Shown one piece after another: positions 54,661 to 64,000 of a stretch of DNA of 64,000 bases. This DNA is from Elusimicrobiota bacterium (lineage in GTDB: Bacteria; Elusimicrobiota; Endomicrobiia; Endomicrobiales; JAPLKN01), in NCBI GenBank assembly GCA_042562855.1, contig JBHPNE010000002.1, forward strand, positions 7,643 through 71,642. Reading direction: 5' to 3'. The notes beneath the pieces are model-generated. The model searched no databases and was not told the DNA's origin. It was given only the letters and a program-made list of their open reading frames with translations. Every line of letters begins with the position of its first letter. Position 1 is the first letter of the stretch. The translations under genes were made by a program, and so were the position numbers.

Positions 54661-57294
54661 TTGATTCTAAATCTGTTTAAATCCATTTTTGGTTCGCAGA
54701 ACGAACGAAATATGAAAAAGATCCAGCCTATCGTAGATTCTATTAATGCGATGGAGTCGGATCTTGAAAAATTGTCAGGCGATTCACTTAAGGCAAAAAC
54801 TGATGAATTTAGATCTCGTTTGGATAAAGGTGAAAAACTGGATGATATACTTCCTGAAGCTTTTGCCTGCGTAAGGGAAGCTTCTAAACGGACAATAGGC
54901 TTACGACACTTTGATGTACAGCTTATCGGGGGTCATGTTTTACATAGCGGTAAAATTGCTGAAATGAAGACCGGTGAAGGTAAAACGCTTGCTGCGACAT
55001 TAGCTGCGTATCTTAACACACTGGGAGGCAAAGGAGTACATATCGTAACTGTTAATGATTATCTTGCAGAGCGTGATATGAAATGGATGAGCCCTATCTA
55101 TAATGCATTAGGACTTACAACAGGATGTGTATTGAATGATATGTCGCATGAAGAAAGAGTAGCAGGATATAGTTGTGATATTACTTACATAACAAATAAT
55201 GAACTTGGATTTGATTATTTGCGTGATAATATGGTCACATCCAAGGATGAAAGAGTCTTAAGGGAACTAAATTTTGCTGTTGTTGACGAAGTTGACTCAA
55301 TTTTAATAGATGAGGCCCGCACGCCTCTAATCATTTCAGGAGCAGCTGAAGAATCCACTGACAAATATCAGATATGTAACAGGGTTATTCCCAGCTTAAA
55401 GGGAAGAGCTATCACAGAAACAGAAGAAATAGCGGCGAAATATTCCGGGACCGATCTTTCCACAGGGTTTGACTATATTGTAGATGAAAAAAACCATTCC
55501 GCAGTTATGACCGAGCAAGGCTTGCAAAAATCAGAAAATATGCTCGGAGTAAAAAATATTTATGATGATTTACAGGCTGAATGGGTCCACCATTTGACCC
55601 AGGCTTTAAAAGCGCACAATCTTTTTAAAAGAGATGTGGATTATGTTGTAAAAGACGGGGAAGTTATTATTGTGGATGAATTCACGGGTCGTCTTATGCC
55701 CGGCAGACGCTGGTCGGAAGGGCTTCATCAGGCAGTTGAGGCAAAAGAAAATATTAAAGTTGCTCAAGAAAACCAGACGCTTGCCACCATAACTTTCCAG
55801 AATTTTTTCAGGATGTATAAAAAACTATCCGGCATGACAGGTACGGCTCTAACGGAAGCCGCCGAGTTTTGGGAAATATACAAGCTGGATACAATAGAAA
55901 TTCCAACAAATATGCCAATGATCAGGGAAGACAATGCCGATCTGATTTACCGCACTGCCAAGGAAAAATATGATGCGATTACCGGTGAGATAGAAAATCT
56001 TTGGAAAAAAGGCCAACCTGTTTTAGTCGGAACGAAATCGATTGAGCAGTCGGAAAGGATTTCTTCTATCATAAGACGCAAAGGAGTCCCTCACCAGGTT
56101 CTAAATGCAAAATTCCACGAAATGGAAGCACAGATCATCGCTCAGGCAGGCAAAAAGAGCGCGGTTACAATTGCTACGAATATGGCCGGACGAGGTACGG
56201 ACATAGTTTTGGGAGGAAATCCTTCTTCGTCTGATGAGGCAAGTTTTGTTAAAGAAAGCGGCGGACTGCACATATTGGGAACTGAAAGGAATGAATCCCG
56301 GCGAATAGACAACCAGCTTAGGGGCCGTTCCGGCCGTCAGGGAGACCCTGGGTCTTCAAGATTTTTTCTTTCACTGGAAGATGATTTGATGAGGTTATTC
56401 GGATCTGAAAGAATTTCCGGGCTTATGCAGAAAATGGGTATGCAGGATGGCGAGGAAATACAGCATCCCTGGATTTCAAAAGCAATAGAGAATGCCCAGA
56501 GAAAAGTAGAAGCGATGAACTTTGATATGCGTAAACACCTCCTTGATTATGATAATGTAATGAATAAGCAGAGATTATCTGTTTACAGATTACGCAATGA
56601 AATACTGGAAGGTGAAGATTTATCTCTGACCATTAAAGATATGTTGGATGAGTCCGTGGAAGAAAAGCTTGCCATGTGGGCTGATGAAAAAAAATATGCA
56701 GAAGAATGGGATTGGCCAAGCCTTCTTGCCTGGCTGACCCGTACATTTGAAATAAAACTAAAATTTAACGAAGAACAAATGCTTTACATGAAGCATGAAA
56801 CTTTGAGAGATTTATTGAAAGAAGAAGTTGAATCTGCTTACAAAAAAAGAAAAGAACAATTAACAGGTCCGATGCTTCTTCATGTCCAACGCATGATACT
56901 TCTGCAGATGCTTGATACCGCCTGGAAAGATCACTTGTATGATCTTGATCAGATAAAAAAAGGTATAGGCCTAAGAGCCTACGGGCAAAAAGATCCTAAA
57001 ATTGAGTATCAGAAAGAATCATTCAGACTTTTTGAACTTATGATGAACCGCATACGCGAAGGAACAGTGGAATACTTATTCAAAATAAAAATTACCCCAG
57101 AACCTGCAAGAAGGACCCAACCGATACAGTTGGGCAGAGGATCGGATAGTCAGGTCGTTGAAGGTTCCCCGGGGGACGTACCTTTGCAGAGCAGTCAACA
57201 GCCGAGCGCTGTCCAAACTATTAAAAAAATAGGGAGAAATGATCCTTGTCCATGCGGCAGCGGGAAAAAATATAAAAAGTGTTGCGGTAAATAG
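54661..57294 (+). CDS. secA: Preprotein translocase ATPase SecA
   Basis: 877 aa with a TTG start. MKTGEGKTL Walker A, DEVDSILIDEARTPLIISG, TNMAGRGTDI, C-terminal Zn finger CPCGSGKKYKKCCG. Confidence 0.95.
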   Translation: MILNLFKSIFGSQNERNMKKIQPIVDSINAMESDLEKLSGDSLKAKTDEFRSRLDKGEKLDDILPEAFACVREASKRTIGLRHFDVQLIGGHVLHSGKIAEMKTGEGKTLAATLAAYLNTLGGKGVHIVTVNDYLAERDMKWMSPIYNALGLTTGCVLNDMSHEERVAGYSCDITYITNNELGFDYLRDNMVTSKDERVLRELNFAVVDEVDSILIDEARTPLIISGAAEESTDKYQICNRVIPSLKGRAITETEEIAAKYSGTDLSTGFDYIVDEKNHSAVMTEQGLQKSENMLGVKNIYDDLQAEWVHHLTQALKAHNLFKRDVDYVVKDGEVIIVDEFTGRLMPGRRWSEGLHQAVEAKENIKVAQENQTLATITFQNFFRMYKKLSGMTGTALTEAAEFWEIYKLDTIEIPTNMPMIREDNADLIYRTAKEKYDAITGEIENLWKKGQPVLVGTKSIEQSERISSIIRRKGVPHQVLNAKFHEMEAQIIAQAGKKSAVTIATNMAGRGTDIVLGGNPSSSDEASFVKESGGLHILGTERNESRRIDNQLRGRSGRQGDPGSSRFFLSLEDDLMRLFGSERISGLMQKMGMQDGEEIQHPWISKAIENAQRKVEAMNFDMRKHLLDYDNVMNKQRLSVYRLRNEILEGEDLSLTIKDMLDESVEEKLAMWADEKKYAEEWDWPSLLAWLTRTFEIKLKFNEEQMLYMKHETLRDLLKEEVESAYKKRKEQLTGPMLLHVQRMILLQMLDTAWKDHLYDLDQIKKGIGLRAYGQKDPKIEYQKESFRLFELMMNRIREGTVEYLFKIKITPEPARRTQPIQLGRGSDSQVVEGSPGDVPLQSSQQPSAVQTIKKIGRNDPCPCGSGKKYKKCCGK

Positions 57295-57304
57295 GAGCAA
57301 ATGA

Positions 57305-58537
57305 GTGAAAAAAGCTGCTAAAGGCCAGACCATAAATTTAGAAGTAAAAATTTTATATAAAATTATCGAGATAATAGGCATCTCAAAAGACTTAGACAGT
57401 CTTTTGAACCAGATTGCGCATACATTGGCAGTAAATTTAAAAGGTGACAGTTGTTTTATATATCATGCAGATCACAATTCGCATACGTTGAAACTCTCCG
57501 GTGCGTGGCCTCCTCATCCTTATCACGTCGGCAAAATACATCTTGAAGAGGGGGAAGGAATAACGGGATGGGTTGCAAAACATAAGACTACAGTTTGTTT
57601 AAGTAAAAAAGCGTATAAAGATTTAAGATTTAAAATTTATCAGAATATCCCGGAAGATAAATTCGAAGCTTTTTTATCGACACCGATTATCTTGAAAAAA
57701 GAAGTTATCGGCGTAATAAATATTTTTAATAAAAAACCCAAAGCATTCAGTAAAAATGTTATTCAGCTGTTAAACAGTATTGCCAGTCAAATTTCCGGCG
57801 CCATTGAAAAAACCAAACTTGTTGAGACCACAGAAAAAAAAGCTAGACAACTGCAGACCATAGCCAAGCTTTCCAGCAGCATAGTTTCTAACGCTTACTT
57901 AAACGAAATATTACAGCTTATCGTTACAATGACAGCGCAAATGATGGATTCAAAGATTTGTTCGCTGATGCTTTTAGATGACAAGAAACAGGAATTAAAA
58001 ATTGCCGCCACACAAAGCCTTTCTGATGAATACAAAAGGAAGCCCGCCATAAAATCGAACAGTTCCGTCTCTGGAGAAGCGTTAAACAGCAAAAAACCTG
58101 TTGTTGTTGTTGACGTGACGAAAGAGCCTAAGTACGGTTATCCCGAAATAGCTTCAAAAGAAGGACTAAAATCAATGATTGCGGTACCGATGTTAATAAA
58201 AGATAAACCGATCGGCGTAGTTAATTGCTATACAACGAAAGAACACATATTTAGTGAAGAAGAAATTAATTCACTTCAGACCATTGCAAACCAGTCCGCA
58301 ATCGCAATTGAAAACACCAATCTTTTAGAAGAATCAAAGAATACAAAAGAAGCGCTTGAAACAAGGAAAATTGTTGAGCGGGCAAAAGGCGTGTTGATGA
58401 GAAGCAGGCACATCGGAGAAGACGAAGCTTTTAATTTTATTCAAAAACAGGCGATGGATTTGAGGCGTAATATGCGTGAAATATCTGAGGCCATCATACT
58501 GTCTGAAGGTATAAATAAAACGGGTCCCAAGTTGTGA
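57305..58537 (+). CDS. GAF-GAF-ANTAR RNA-binding regulator
   Basis: 410 aa with a GTG start. Two GAF-like blocks (GITGWV...; GEALNSKKPVVV...). C-terminal ANTAR IVERAKGVLMRSRHIGEDEAFNFIQKQAMDLRRNMREI. Confidence 0.75.
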   Translation: MKKAAKGQTINLEVKILYKIIEIIGISKDLDSLLNQIAHTLAVNLKGDSCFIYHADHNSHTLKLSGAWPPHPYHVGKIHLEEGEGITGWVAKHKTTVCLSKKAYKDLRFKIYQNIPEDKFEAFLSTPIILKKEVIGVINIFNKKPKAFSKNVIQLLNSIASQISGAIEKTKLVETTEKKARQLQTIAKLSSSIVSNAYLNEILQLIVTMTAQMMDSKICSLMLLDDKKQELKIAATQSLSDEYKRKPAIKSNSSVSGEALNSKKPVVVVDVTKEPKYGYPEIASKEGLKSMIAVPMLIKDKPIGVVNCYTTKEHIFSEEEINSLQTIANQSAIAIENTNLLEESKNTKEALETRKIVERAKGVLMRSRHIGEDEAFNFIQKQAMDLRRNMREISEAIILSEGINKTGPKL

Positions 58538-58577
58538 TTGCTGGTCCCTCCAAAATATTCTAAAGAATAGGTTTTTA

Positions 58578-60089
58578 ATGTTAAAGAAAAAGTTATCAGG
58601 TTGTTTGATGTCGTTGTTAACCGGCCTTTTACTTATTTTGTCTTTTCCCTCGTCAAATCTATTTTTTCTAGCCTGGTTTGCTTTTATCCCGCTTCTTTTA
58701 GTGGTCGACAATGAAAACATCTCTAATTCACTGTTGTATGGATTTATTGCAGGTTTTGTTTCCAGTGTCGGCACACTGTATTGGATAGTTCCAATGGTGG
58801 AATTAAACACCGGCTCTTGGATCCAGGCGGGAGCCTGTTTGTTGATGCTCGGAATATATTTATCTCTTTTTGTTGTTCTTTGGGTTTTTCTAATAAAAAT
58901 ATTTAAGCCATTTGTTTCAGATTGGGTTTTTGTTATTTTTGTCGGAGCATCCTGGGTGAGCTTGGAATATATAAAGACCTATTTGTTTACCGGATTTCCT
59001 TGGCCCATATTGGGGTATTCTCAATGGAATTTTATTAGCTTTATCCAGCTAGCGGAATATACGGGTGTATTTGGGATATCATTTTTAGTAATAGTTGGAA
59101 ATTTACTAATTTATGAATTCTTAAAGAGCAGAAAAATACTGTTTTACAGAGTCCTTATCGGTATCATTGTATTTATCAGTGTATTTGGGCTAATTTCAGT
59201 AAAAAAACCTCTTGAGCAGAGGCCTTCGGTTTTGGTGGGAGTCATACAGGGAAATATTGATCAGCATAAAAAATGGGATAAAGCTTATAGGGGCGAAATT
59301 ACGCGTACTTACAGCAGTTTAGTGAGTAAAGTATCTGAAAAAAAACCGGGAATAATTATTTGGCCTGAGACGGCGATTCCGGGATATTTGCCGTGGGACA
59401 GGACATTACTTGAATGGACAGGTAATTTAGTAAAGAATACTCGTGCCTTCAATATCGTTGGAACACCTTATTATAACGGAAATGAAGTCTACCATAATGC
59501 ATCAGCAGTGTTTGACCCGGGCGGGAAAATAACCCAATGGCACAAGAAAATCCATTTGGTTCCGTTCGGAGAATTTGTACCTTTAAGAAAAATATTTTCG
59601 CCTGTATTTGCCGTATTAAATACTCTGGGCGATTTTAGCAAGGGAAAAGAAATAAATGCATTGACCGTTGGACAGATAAAACTAGGCGTTACAATTTGTT
59701 CAGAAAACTTGTTCGGAAATTTAGTACGAAAATTTGTTAAAAACGGAGCAGAAATAATTGTAAATCAGACAAATGATGCCTGGTTTTTAAAGACCGCTGC
59801 ACCAAGGCAGCATTTTATTTTTAATATTTTCAGAGCAATAGAAAATAGAAGATTTGTCGTGGTAAGCGCTAATACCGGAATTTCAGGGGTTATTGACCCT
59901 AGGGGTAAGATTATCAGGCAAACTCAAACTTTTAAGCAGGACTATTTTGTCGAAAAATTAATCCCGCAGAAAAGAATAACTTTTTATACATTATTCGGAG
60001 ATGTTTTTGCTTACTTGTGCATATTATTTGTTTTTTTTATAATTGGTTTTAAAATAATTAAAATTAGCAGTAGTGGGAGAACCCTATGA
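58578..60089 (+). CDS. lnt: Apolipoprotein N-acyltransferase
   Basis: 503 aa. Multi-TM N-terminal part. CN-hydrolase domain with WPETAIP, HKKIHLVPFGEFVP, VTICSENLF (E-K-C triad). Confidence 0.9.
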   Translation: MLKKKLSGCLMSLLTGLLLILSFPSSNLFFLAWFAFIPLLLVVDNENISNSLLYGFIAGFVSSVGTLYWIVPMVELNTGSWIQAGACLLMLGIYLSLFVVLWVFLIKIFKPFVSDWVFVIFVGASWVSLEYIKTYLFTGFPWPILGYSQWNFISFIQLAEYTGVFGISFLVIVGNLLIYEFLKSRKILFYRVLIGIIVFISVFGLISVKKPLEQRPSVLVGVIQGNIDQHKKWDKAYRGEITRTYSSLVSKVSEKKPGIIIWPETAIPGYLPWDRTLLEWTGNLVKNTRAFNIVGTPYYNGNEVYHNASAVFDPGGKITQWHKKIHLVPFGEFVPLRKIFSPVFAVLNTLGDFSKGKEINALTVGQIKLGVTICSENLFGNLVRKFVKNGAEIIVNQTNDAWFLKTAAPRQHFIFNIFRAIENRRFVVVSANTGISGVIDPRGKIIRQTQTFKQDYFVEKLIPQKRITFYTLFGDVFAYLCILFVFFIIGFKIIKISSSGRTL

Positions 60090-61181
60090 TTAAAGAATTA
60101 AAGGAAAAAGTAAATGCTTTAAGGAGGTCTCTTTGAAGTAGACCAGAAAAAAAGAGATATAACGAAGCTTGAAGGGGAAATTTCTAAAACTGATTTTTGG
60201 AATAATCAGAATAGCGCCAAAGCGGTAATGTCAAAATTGAACCGTCTAAAAACTTCTGTTAGACATTGGGAAAAACTAAACACAGATCTTGGGGATTGTG
60301 AAGCTCTGCAGCAGCTTGCAGAAGAAGAGCATGATGAAGGAGCAAAAAAAGACACTGACGAAGCAATAAAAAAAATATACACAGAAATACAGCAGTTGGA
60401 AGTAGAGACAAAGCTTTCCGGTGAATATGATATTAATAACGCCATATTGTCCATTCATGCCGGAGCAGGAGGAACAGAGTCCTGCGACTGGGCGGATATG
60501 CTCTTAAGAATGTATAACAGATGGGCCGAAAAAAAAGGTTTTAGAGTAGAAATTGTGGATTATTTAGCAGGAGATGAAGCAGGGGTAAAGAGTGTTACTT
60601 TTATTGTTAAGGGCGAATACGCCTTCGGTTATTTACAGGCTGAACTGGGTGTTCACAGGCTGGTTAGAATATCTCCATTTGATTCCAATAAAAGAAGACA
60701 TACCTCGTTTTGTTCGGTAGATGTTTTACCCGAAATTGACGATGATTTCGACATAAAAGTTGAAGAAAAGGATCTGAGGATAGATACTTATAGGGCATCG
60801 GGCGCCGGAGGCCAGCATGTTAATACAACCGATTCTGCTGTTCGTATAACTCATACACCCTCAGGGATTGTTGTCCAGTCTCAAAGTGAGAGGTCCCAGA
60901 TAAAAAACAGAGCGACGGCAATGAGAGTATTGAAGTCCAAGCTTCATGAGATTGAACAGGAGAAAAAAAGACGCTCAGTTGAAAAACACTACGATGAAAA
61001 GGGCGACATTGCATGGGGAAGCCAGATAAGGTCATACACTTTTATGCCGTATCAATTGGTGAAGGATCATAGGACCGGCCATGAAGTACCGCAGGTGGAT
61101 TTGGTAATGGATGGCGAGATTGATTCATTAATTTCGGCCTATCTAACGTGGAAAGTGGAAAAATCGATTAAAAATGAGTAA
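60086..61181 (+). CDS. prfB: Peptide chain release factor 2 (programmed +1 frameshift at 60131-60136)
   Basis: Frame 0: ATG 60086 ... AGG AGG TCT CTT TGA (stop 60134-60136). The +1 frame continues as EVDQKKRDITKLEGEISKTDFWNNQ... into ORF 60228-61181, which has the SPF and GGQHVNTTDSAVRITH motifs. Confidence 0.92.
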
Positions 61182-61215
61182 AATATCCATTATTACGGTG
61201 TTTTTCCGGAAAGTA

Positions 61216-61244
61216 TTGACAAAATTGAGAAAATCGTATATAAC
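61216..61244 (+). promoter_or_regulatory. Sigma70-type promoter candidate for tRNA-Gly
   Basis: TTGACA (61216-61221), 17-nt spacer, TATAAC (61239-61244). Confidence 0.45.
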
Positions 61245-61279
61245 TTCAATGTGTTTTGATCTTTATATTTTGTACAAAT

Positions 61280-61350
61280 GCGGGCGTAGTCTAATGGTAA
61301 AACCCTAGCTTCCCAAGCTGGTGACGTGGGTTCGATTCCCATCGCCCGCT
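61280..61350 (+). tRNA. tRNA-Gly (anticodon CCC)
   Basis: 71 nt. GCGGGCG/CGCCCGC acceptor; CTAGC-TTCCCAA-GCTGG anticodon arm; GTGGG-TTCGATT-CCCAT T arm; discriminator U. Nearly collinear with E. coli tRNA-Gly(CCC). Confidence 0.92.
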
Positions 61351-61395
61351 CTTTTAATTTTAATTATAAAACAGCTCAATAAAGGATGCTACAGC

Positions 61396-62550
61396 ATGCG
61401 TTTCTTTGATATTTTCAAAAAAACAAAAAGTGAAAAATCCATACCTAAAAAATTTGAACAAAATTCTAAAATAGCGCAAAATATTACTCCTTTCCACAAC
61501 ATCCCTGATTACGCGAGAAACAAAGAATCTGCATTATTTGCTGAAGAATTGTATGCGAAGGCCCTGTCCGAGATAAAGCTAATATCGAATAATACAATAT
61601 CAAACATTTCCTGTGACAAGGAAATTTTTTCCATACCGGAAATTATAAAGCTTGTAAAAAACGGGAACAGCGATATTCTTGCCTTGGCCTATTTGTCCAC
61701 TAAGTACGTCTATTTTTACGGACATTGCGTAAATGTGTGTATATTTTCTATTTTTTTAGGCCATGGTTTGGGCCTCAGTGATGCAAAATTAGAGGTTCTG
61801 GGGCTGTGTGCTATGCTTCATGACATTGGAATGATAAAAGTTATGAACATTGCCCTTAAAAAAAGCAAGCTTAAGCAAAAGGAAAGGGAGGAACTTTCAA
61901 AACATAAACAATATGGGCAGGAGATATTAAAGAGTTTGCTCTTTATTCCCGACGAAACAAGAAAATTCCTAACCGATCTCATGGATGAAATAGAGCTGTA
62001 CAAAAAAGATCCGACGCTGGTCAAATCTTCAAGACAGAGTGACTTATACAAGTTTTCAAGGATCATAGCCATATGCAATATATATGAAGCCATCACTCAT
62101 CCCAGGGTATTTAGAGAACGTTTTTTGCCTTATCATGCTCTAAAAACGTGGCAGGTTACTACTCAATCGCAAATAGAAGATCAGAGTCTTTCTGCGCACA
62201 GCGCTTTGAGAAAGATGATTTCTTCCTCAAAACACGATTTTGATTCCGAAATAGTAAAAGTCTTTATAAATAAAATCTCCCTGTATCCTCCGGGTAGCTA
62301 TGTCAGACTGAATACTGATGAAATAGCTAGAGTGATAGAAACCAATGCCGGAATGCCTACAAGGCCGATTGTCCGTTTAGTTTTAGACAAAAATTCCCAG
62401 CGGCCTCTGGATTTCAGAGTGGATGATTTATCAAATAATAAAATGCTTTTTATAAAAGAAGCAGTGGATGAGACCAATTTGAATGTTTCTGACAGCTGCA
62501 TAATGCAGGAACTGTCAGAAAGCCGTTGGTGGAACAAAAATATCAACTAA
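61396..62550 (+). CDS. HD-domain (HD-GYP-like, GYP motif not evident) signalling phosphohydrolase
   Basis: Start moved to ATG 61396, because the track start 61321 overlaps tRNA-Gly. HCVNVC..., LCAMLHDIGM, LSKHKQYGQEIL, ICNIYEAITHPRVFR. Confidence 0.65.
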   Translation: MRFFDIFKKTKSEKSIPKKFEQNSKIAQNITPFHNIPDYARNKESALFAEELYAKALSEIKLISNNTISNISCDKEIFSIPEIIKLVKNGNSDILALAYLSTKYVYFYGHCVNVCIFSIFLGHGLGLSDAKLEVLGLCAMLHDIGMIKVMNIALKKSKLKQKEREELSKHKQYGQEILKSLLFIPDETRKFLTDLMDEIELYKKDPTLVKSSRQSDLYKFSRIIAICNIYEAITHPRVFRERFLPYHALKTWQVTTQSQIEDQSLSAHSALRKMISSSKHDFDSEIVKVFINKISLYPPGSYVRLNTDEIARVIETNAGMPTRPIVRLVLDKNSQRPLDFRVDDLSNNKMLFIKEAVDETNLNVSDSCIMQELSESRWWNKNIN

Positions 62551-62567
62551 TTTAAGGAGTTTTTCTG

Positions 62568-64000
62568 GTGGATCAAAATGAACCGGATATTTATGATTTT
62601 CTAAAAGTTGTTAAAGAGAAAATATTTCTTATTTTGCTGGTAACGGCACTATCGTTAAGTGTCGTTGTTTTTTTTACTCAAAATCAAAAGCCGATGTATA
62701 AAGCAACGGCGACAGTAAACATAGAGCCCGATATTTTTTCTATGTTCAGGCTTTCCCCCATATATATCCCTACCAAAGAATTCAATACGGAAATAAAATT
62801 ACTAAATAGCACGTTTTTTTGCAAAACAATTGCTGAGAAAATGAATCTTTTGAGCACTGATGTTTCAGACGAAGAAAACTCAAAAATCATTGAACGTATA
62901 AAACCTAAAATATCCGGAGCTTATGTAAAAGGAACAGGGTTAGTTAAAATTTCGGCAGTGTCTACTGATGCGGATCATGCGGCAGAACTTGCCAATGCTG
63001 CGGCTTCGGTTTACATTATAAATGGCACGGCAGGACGCCGTAAGCAGATAAAACAGGCTAGAAATTCGATAGAGGTTCGGATCGATGAAGCAAAACTGAA
63101 TTTAACGGAATCTCAAAATAAACTAAGGGTTTATAATAGAAAATATAAAATTAGCACCCTTGGACAGCATTTAGTATCGGAGCTGGTTGATACAGAAAAT
63201 AAGAAAGAGGAATTACTGACCAGGTACAGGGAAAGGCACCCTGAGGTTAAAAAACTTGATGCGAAAATCAAGAATATTGAACAGAAAGTAAAAAAACTGC
63301 CTGCTTCTGATATAGAATTCACCAAATTGACCAGAGAAGTTAAAACAAACGGTGAGATATTGTCTCTGCTTCTCAAAAGATATAAACATGCCCAAATGCT
63401 GGATTCTGAAAAAACTGTCTGGGCAACTATTGTGTCTCCTGCCGTTAAGCCTCAAGAACCAATAAGCCCTGATAAAGTATTTAATTATTCCGCGGGCGTT
63501 ATTTTGGGTTTTTTCTTTGGAATATTGATCGCCATGATTGTCCAGCGCATGGATACAACTGTTAAAAACATTAAGCATGTAGAAAAGTATTTAGCTCTTC
63601 CGGTTCTCGGAATTATTCCGAAAATTATAACCGACAGTAAGCGAGGCCCATTAACTAAAACGGCATTTAAAAATAGACGTAACATTGGGCCTGAAAGGTC
63701 AAAATTATTGATTTATCACAAAGATAAATCGTTATTTGTTGAAGCTTTCCATAAAATGAGAGCTAGTTTAAACCTCGCTCATTTCAGCAAAGAAACAGAA
63801 AGGGGGAAAATTATTGCATTTACCAGCGCAGGAATCGGTGAAGGCAAATCATTAACGGCGGCAAATTTTGCATTGTCCTTTGCGCAAAGCGGAGCCAAAA
63901 CATTGTTGATAGAAATGAATTTTCGCCATCCTTCCTTGCATGAAATGTTCGGGCAAAAAATAGATCCCGGCATTTCGTCATGCCTGGTCGGAATAAAAAA
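62568..64000 (+). CDS. Polysaccharide co-polymerase (Wzz/GumC-like) fused to BY-kinase domain, 3'-truncated by the window edge
   Basis: Not in the ORF track because there is no stop within the window. My translation from GTG 62568 (GGAG upstream): VDQNEPDIYDFLKVVKEKIFLILLVTALSL...coiled coil...second TM GVILGFFFGILIAMIV...ITSAGIGEGKSLTAANFALSFAQSGAKTLLIEMNFR (Walker A). Confidence 0.75.
   Translation, partial: MDQNEPDIYDFLKVVKEKIFLILLVTALSLSVVVFFTQNQKPMYKATATVNIEPDIFSMFRLSPIYIPTKEFNTEIKLLNSTFFCKTIAEKMNLLSTDVSDEENSKIIERIKPKISGAYVKGTGLVKISAVSTDADHAAELANAAASVYIINGTAGRRKQIKQARNSIEVRIDEAKLNLTESQNKLRVYNRKYKISTLGQHLVSELVDTENKKEELLTRYRERHPEVKKLDAKIKNIEQKVKKLPASDIEFTKLTREVKTNGEILSLLLKRYKHAQMLDSEKTVWATIVSPAVKPQEPISPDKVFNYSAGVILGFFFGILIAMIVQRMDTTVKNIKHVEKYLALPVLGIIPKIITDSKRGPLTKTAFKNRRNIGPERSKLLIYHKDKSLFVEAFHKMRASLNLAHFSKETERGKIIAFTSAGIGEGKSLTAANFALSFAQSGAKTLLIEMNFRHPSLHEMFGQKIDPGISSCLVGIK

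Noticed and set aside
61321-61395. N-terminal 25 codons of the track ORF 61321-62550.
   Set aside because: They overlap the 3' half of tRNA-Gly. ATG 61396 gives a sensible start, so the CDS was shortened.

Overview
This is a 64-kb window of low-GC DNA from what looks like an uncultivated diderm bacterium. Outer-membrane barrel genes, lnt, tad pilus genes and lipoproteins support the diderm call. From memory the overall flavour fits Omnitrophota-like bins, but I cannot verify that. All calls rest on by-eye motif recognition in the supplied ORF translations and on reading the DNA; no searches were run.

Housekeeping genes frame the window: serS, bioA-bioD, trxA / TlpA-like redoxin / trxB, polA-coaE, rho, secA, lnt, prfB (with its programmed +1 frameshift), and tRNA-Glu(CUC), tRNA-Val(UAC) and tRNA-Gly(CCC). 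There is a partial tad pilus operon (cpaB, a TadZ-like/CpaF fusion, tadB, tadC). The window ends in a Wzz/BY-kinase gene that runs off the 3' edge.

Two regions stand out.

(1) 7355-24922 is one uninterrupted 5,855-codon ORF with its own SD and terminator. It encodes a mostly unrecognisable K/E/I/N-rich protein. It is punctuated by an N-terminal TM anchor, three copies of a repeated membrane-hairpin module, an internal ~150-aa duplication, and three metabolic-enzyme-like domains whose catalytic motifs look intact: glutamate-dehydrogenase-like, UDP-sugar-pyrophosphorylase-like and glucosamine-6-P-deaminase-like.

(2) 26035-41960 is a co-directional, tightly packed cell-surface locus. It holds a clan GH-A glycosidase, an OM barrel with a FlgD-Ig-like tail, four paralogous CBM-like beta-sandwich proteins, and an extremely basic S/R/K-rich protein. 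It also holds a tandemly duplicated cassette (novel ~238-aa secreted subunit plus PapD-like two-domain Ig protein), a third subunit copy fused to a CBM-like domain, a CTD-bearing surface protein and a PorV/UPF0164-like barrel. I read the cassette part as a candidate undescribed chaperone-assisted surface-fibre system.

Smaller oddities:
- a GIY-YIG ORF wedged against tRNA-Glu, with duplicated tRNA acceptor arms upstream;
- tandem hairpin repeats in an intergenic region;
- a lysine-rich tandem-repeat miniprotein;
- an 88-nt near-identical tract between otherwise diverged paralogs.

No CRISPR array, integrase, transposase or rRNA was seen.
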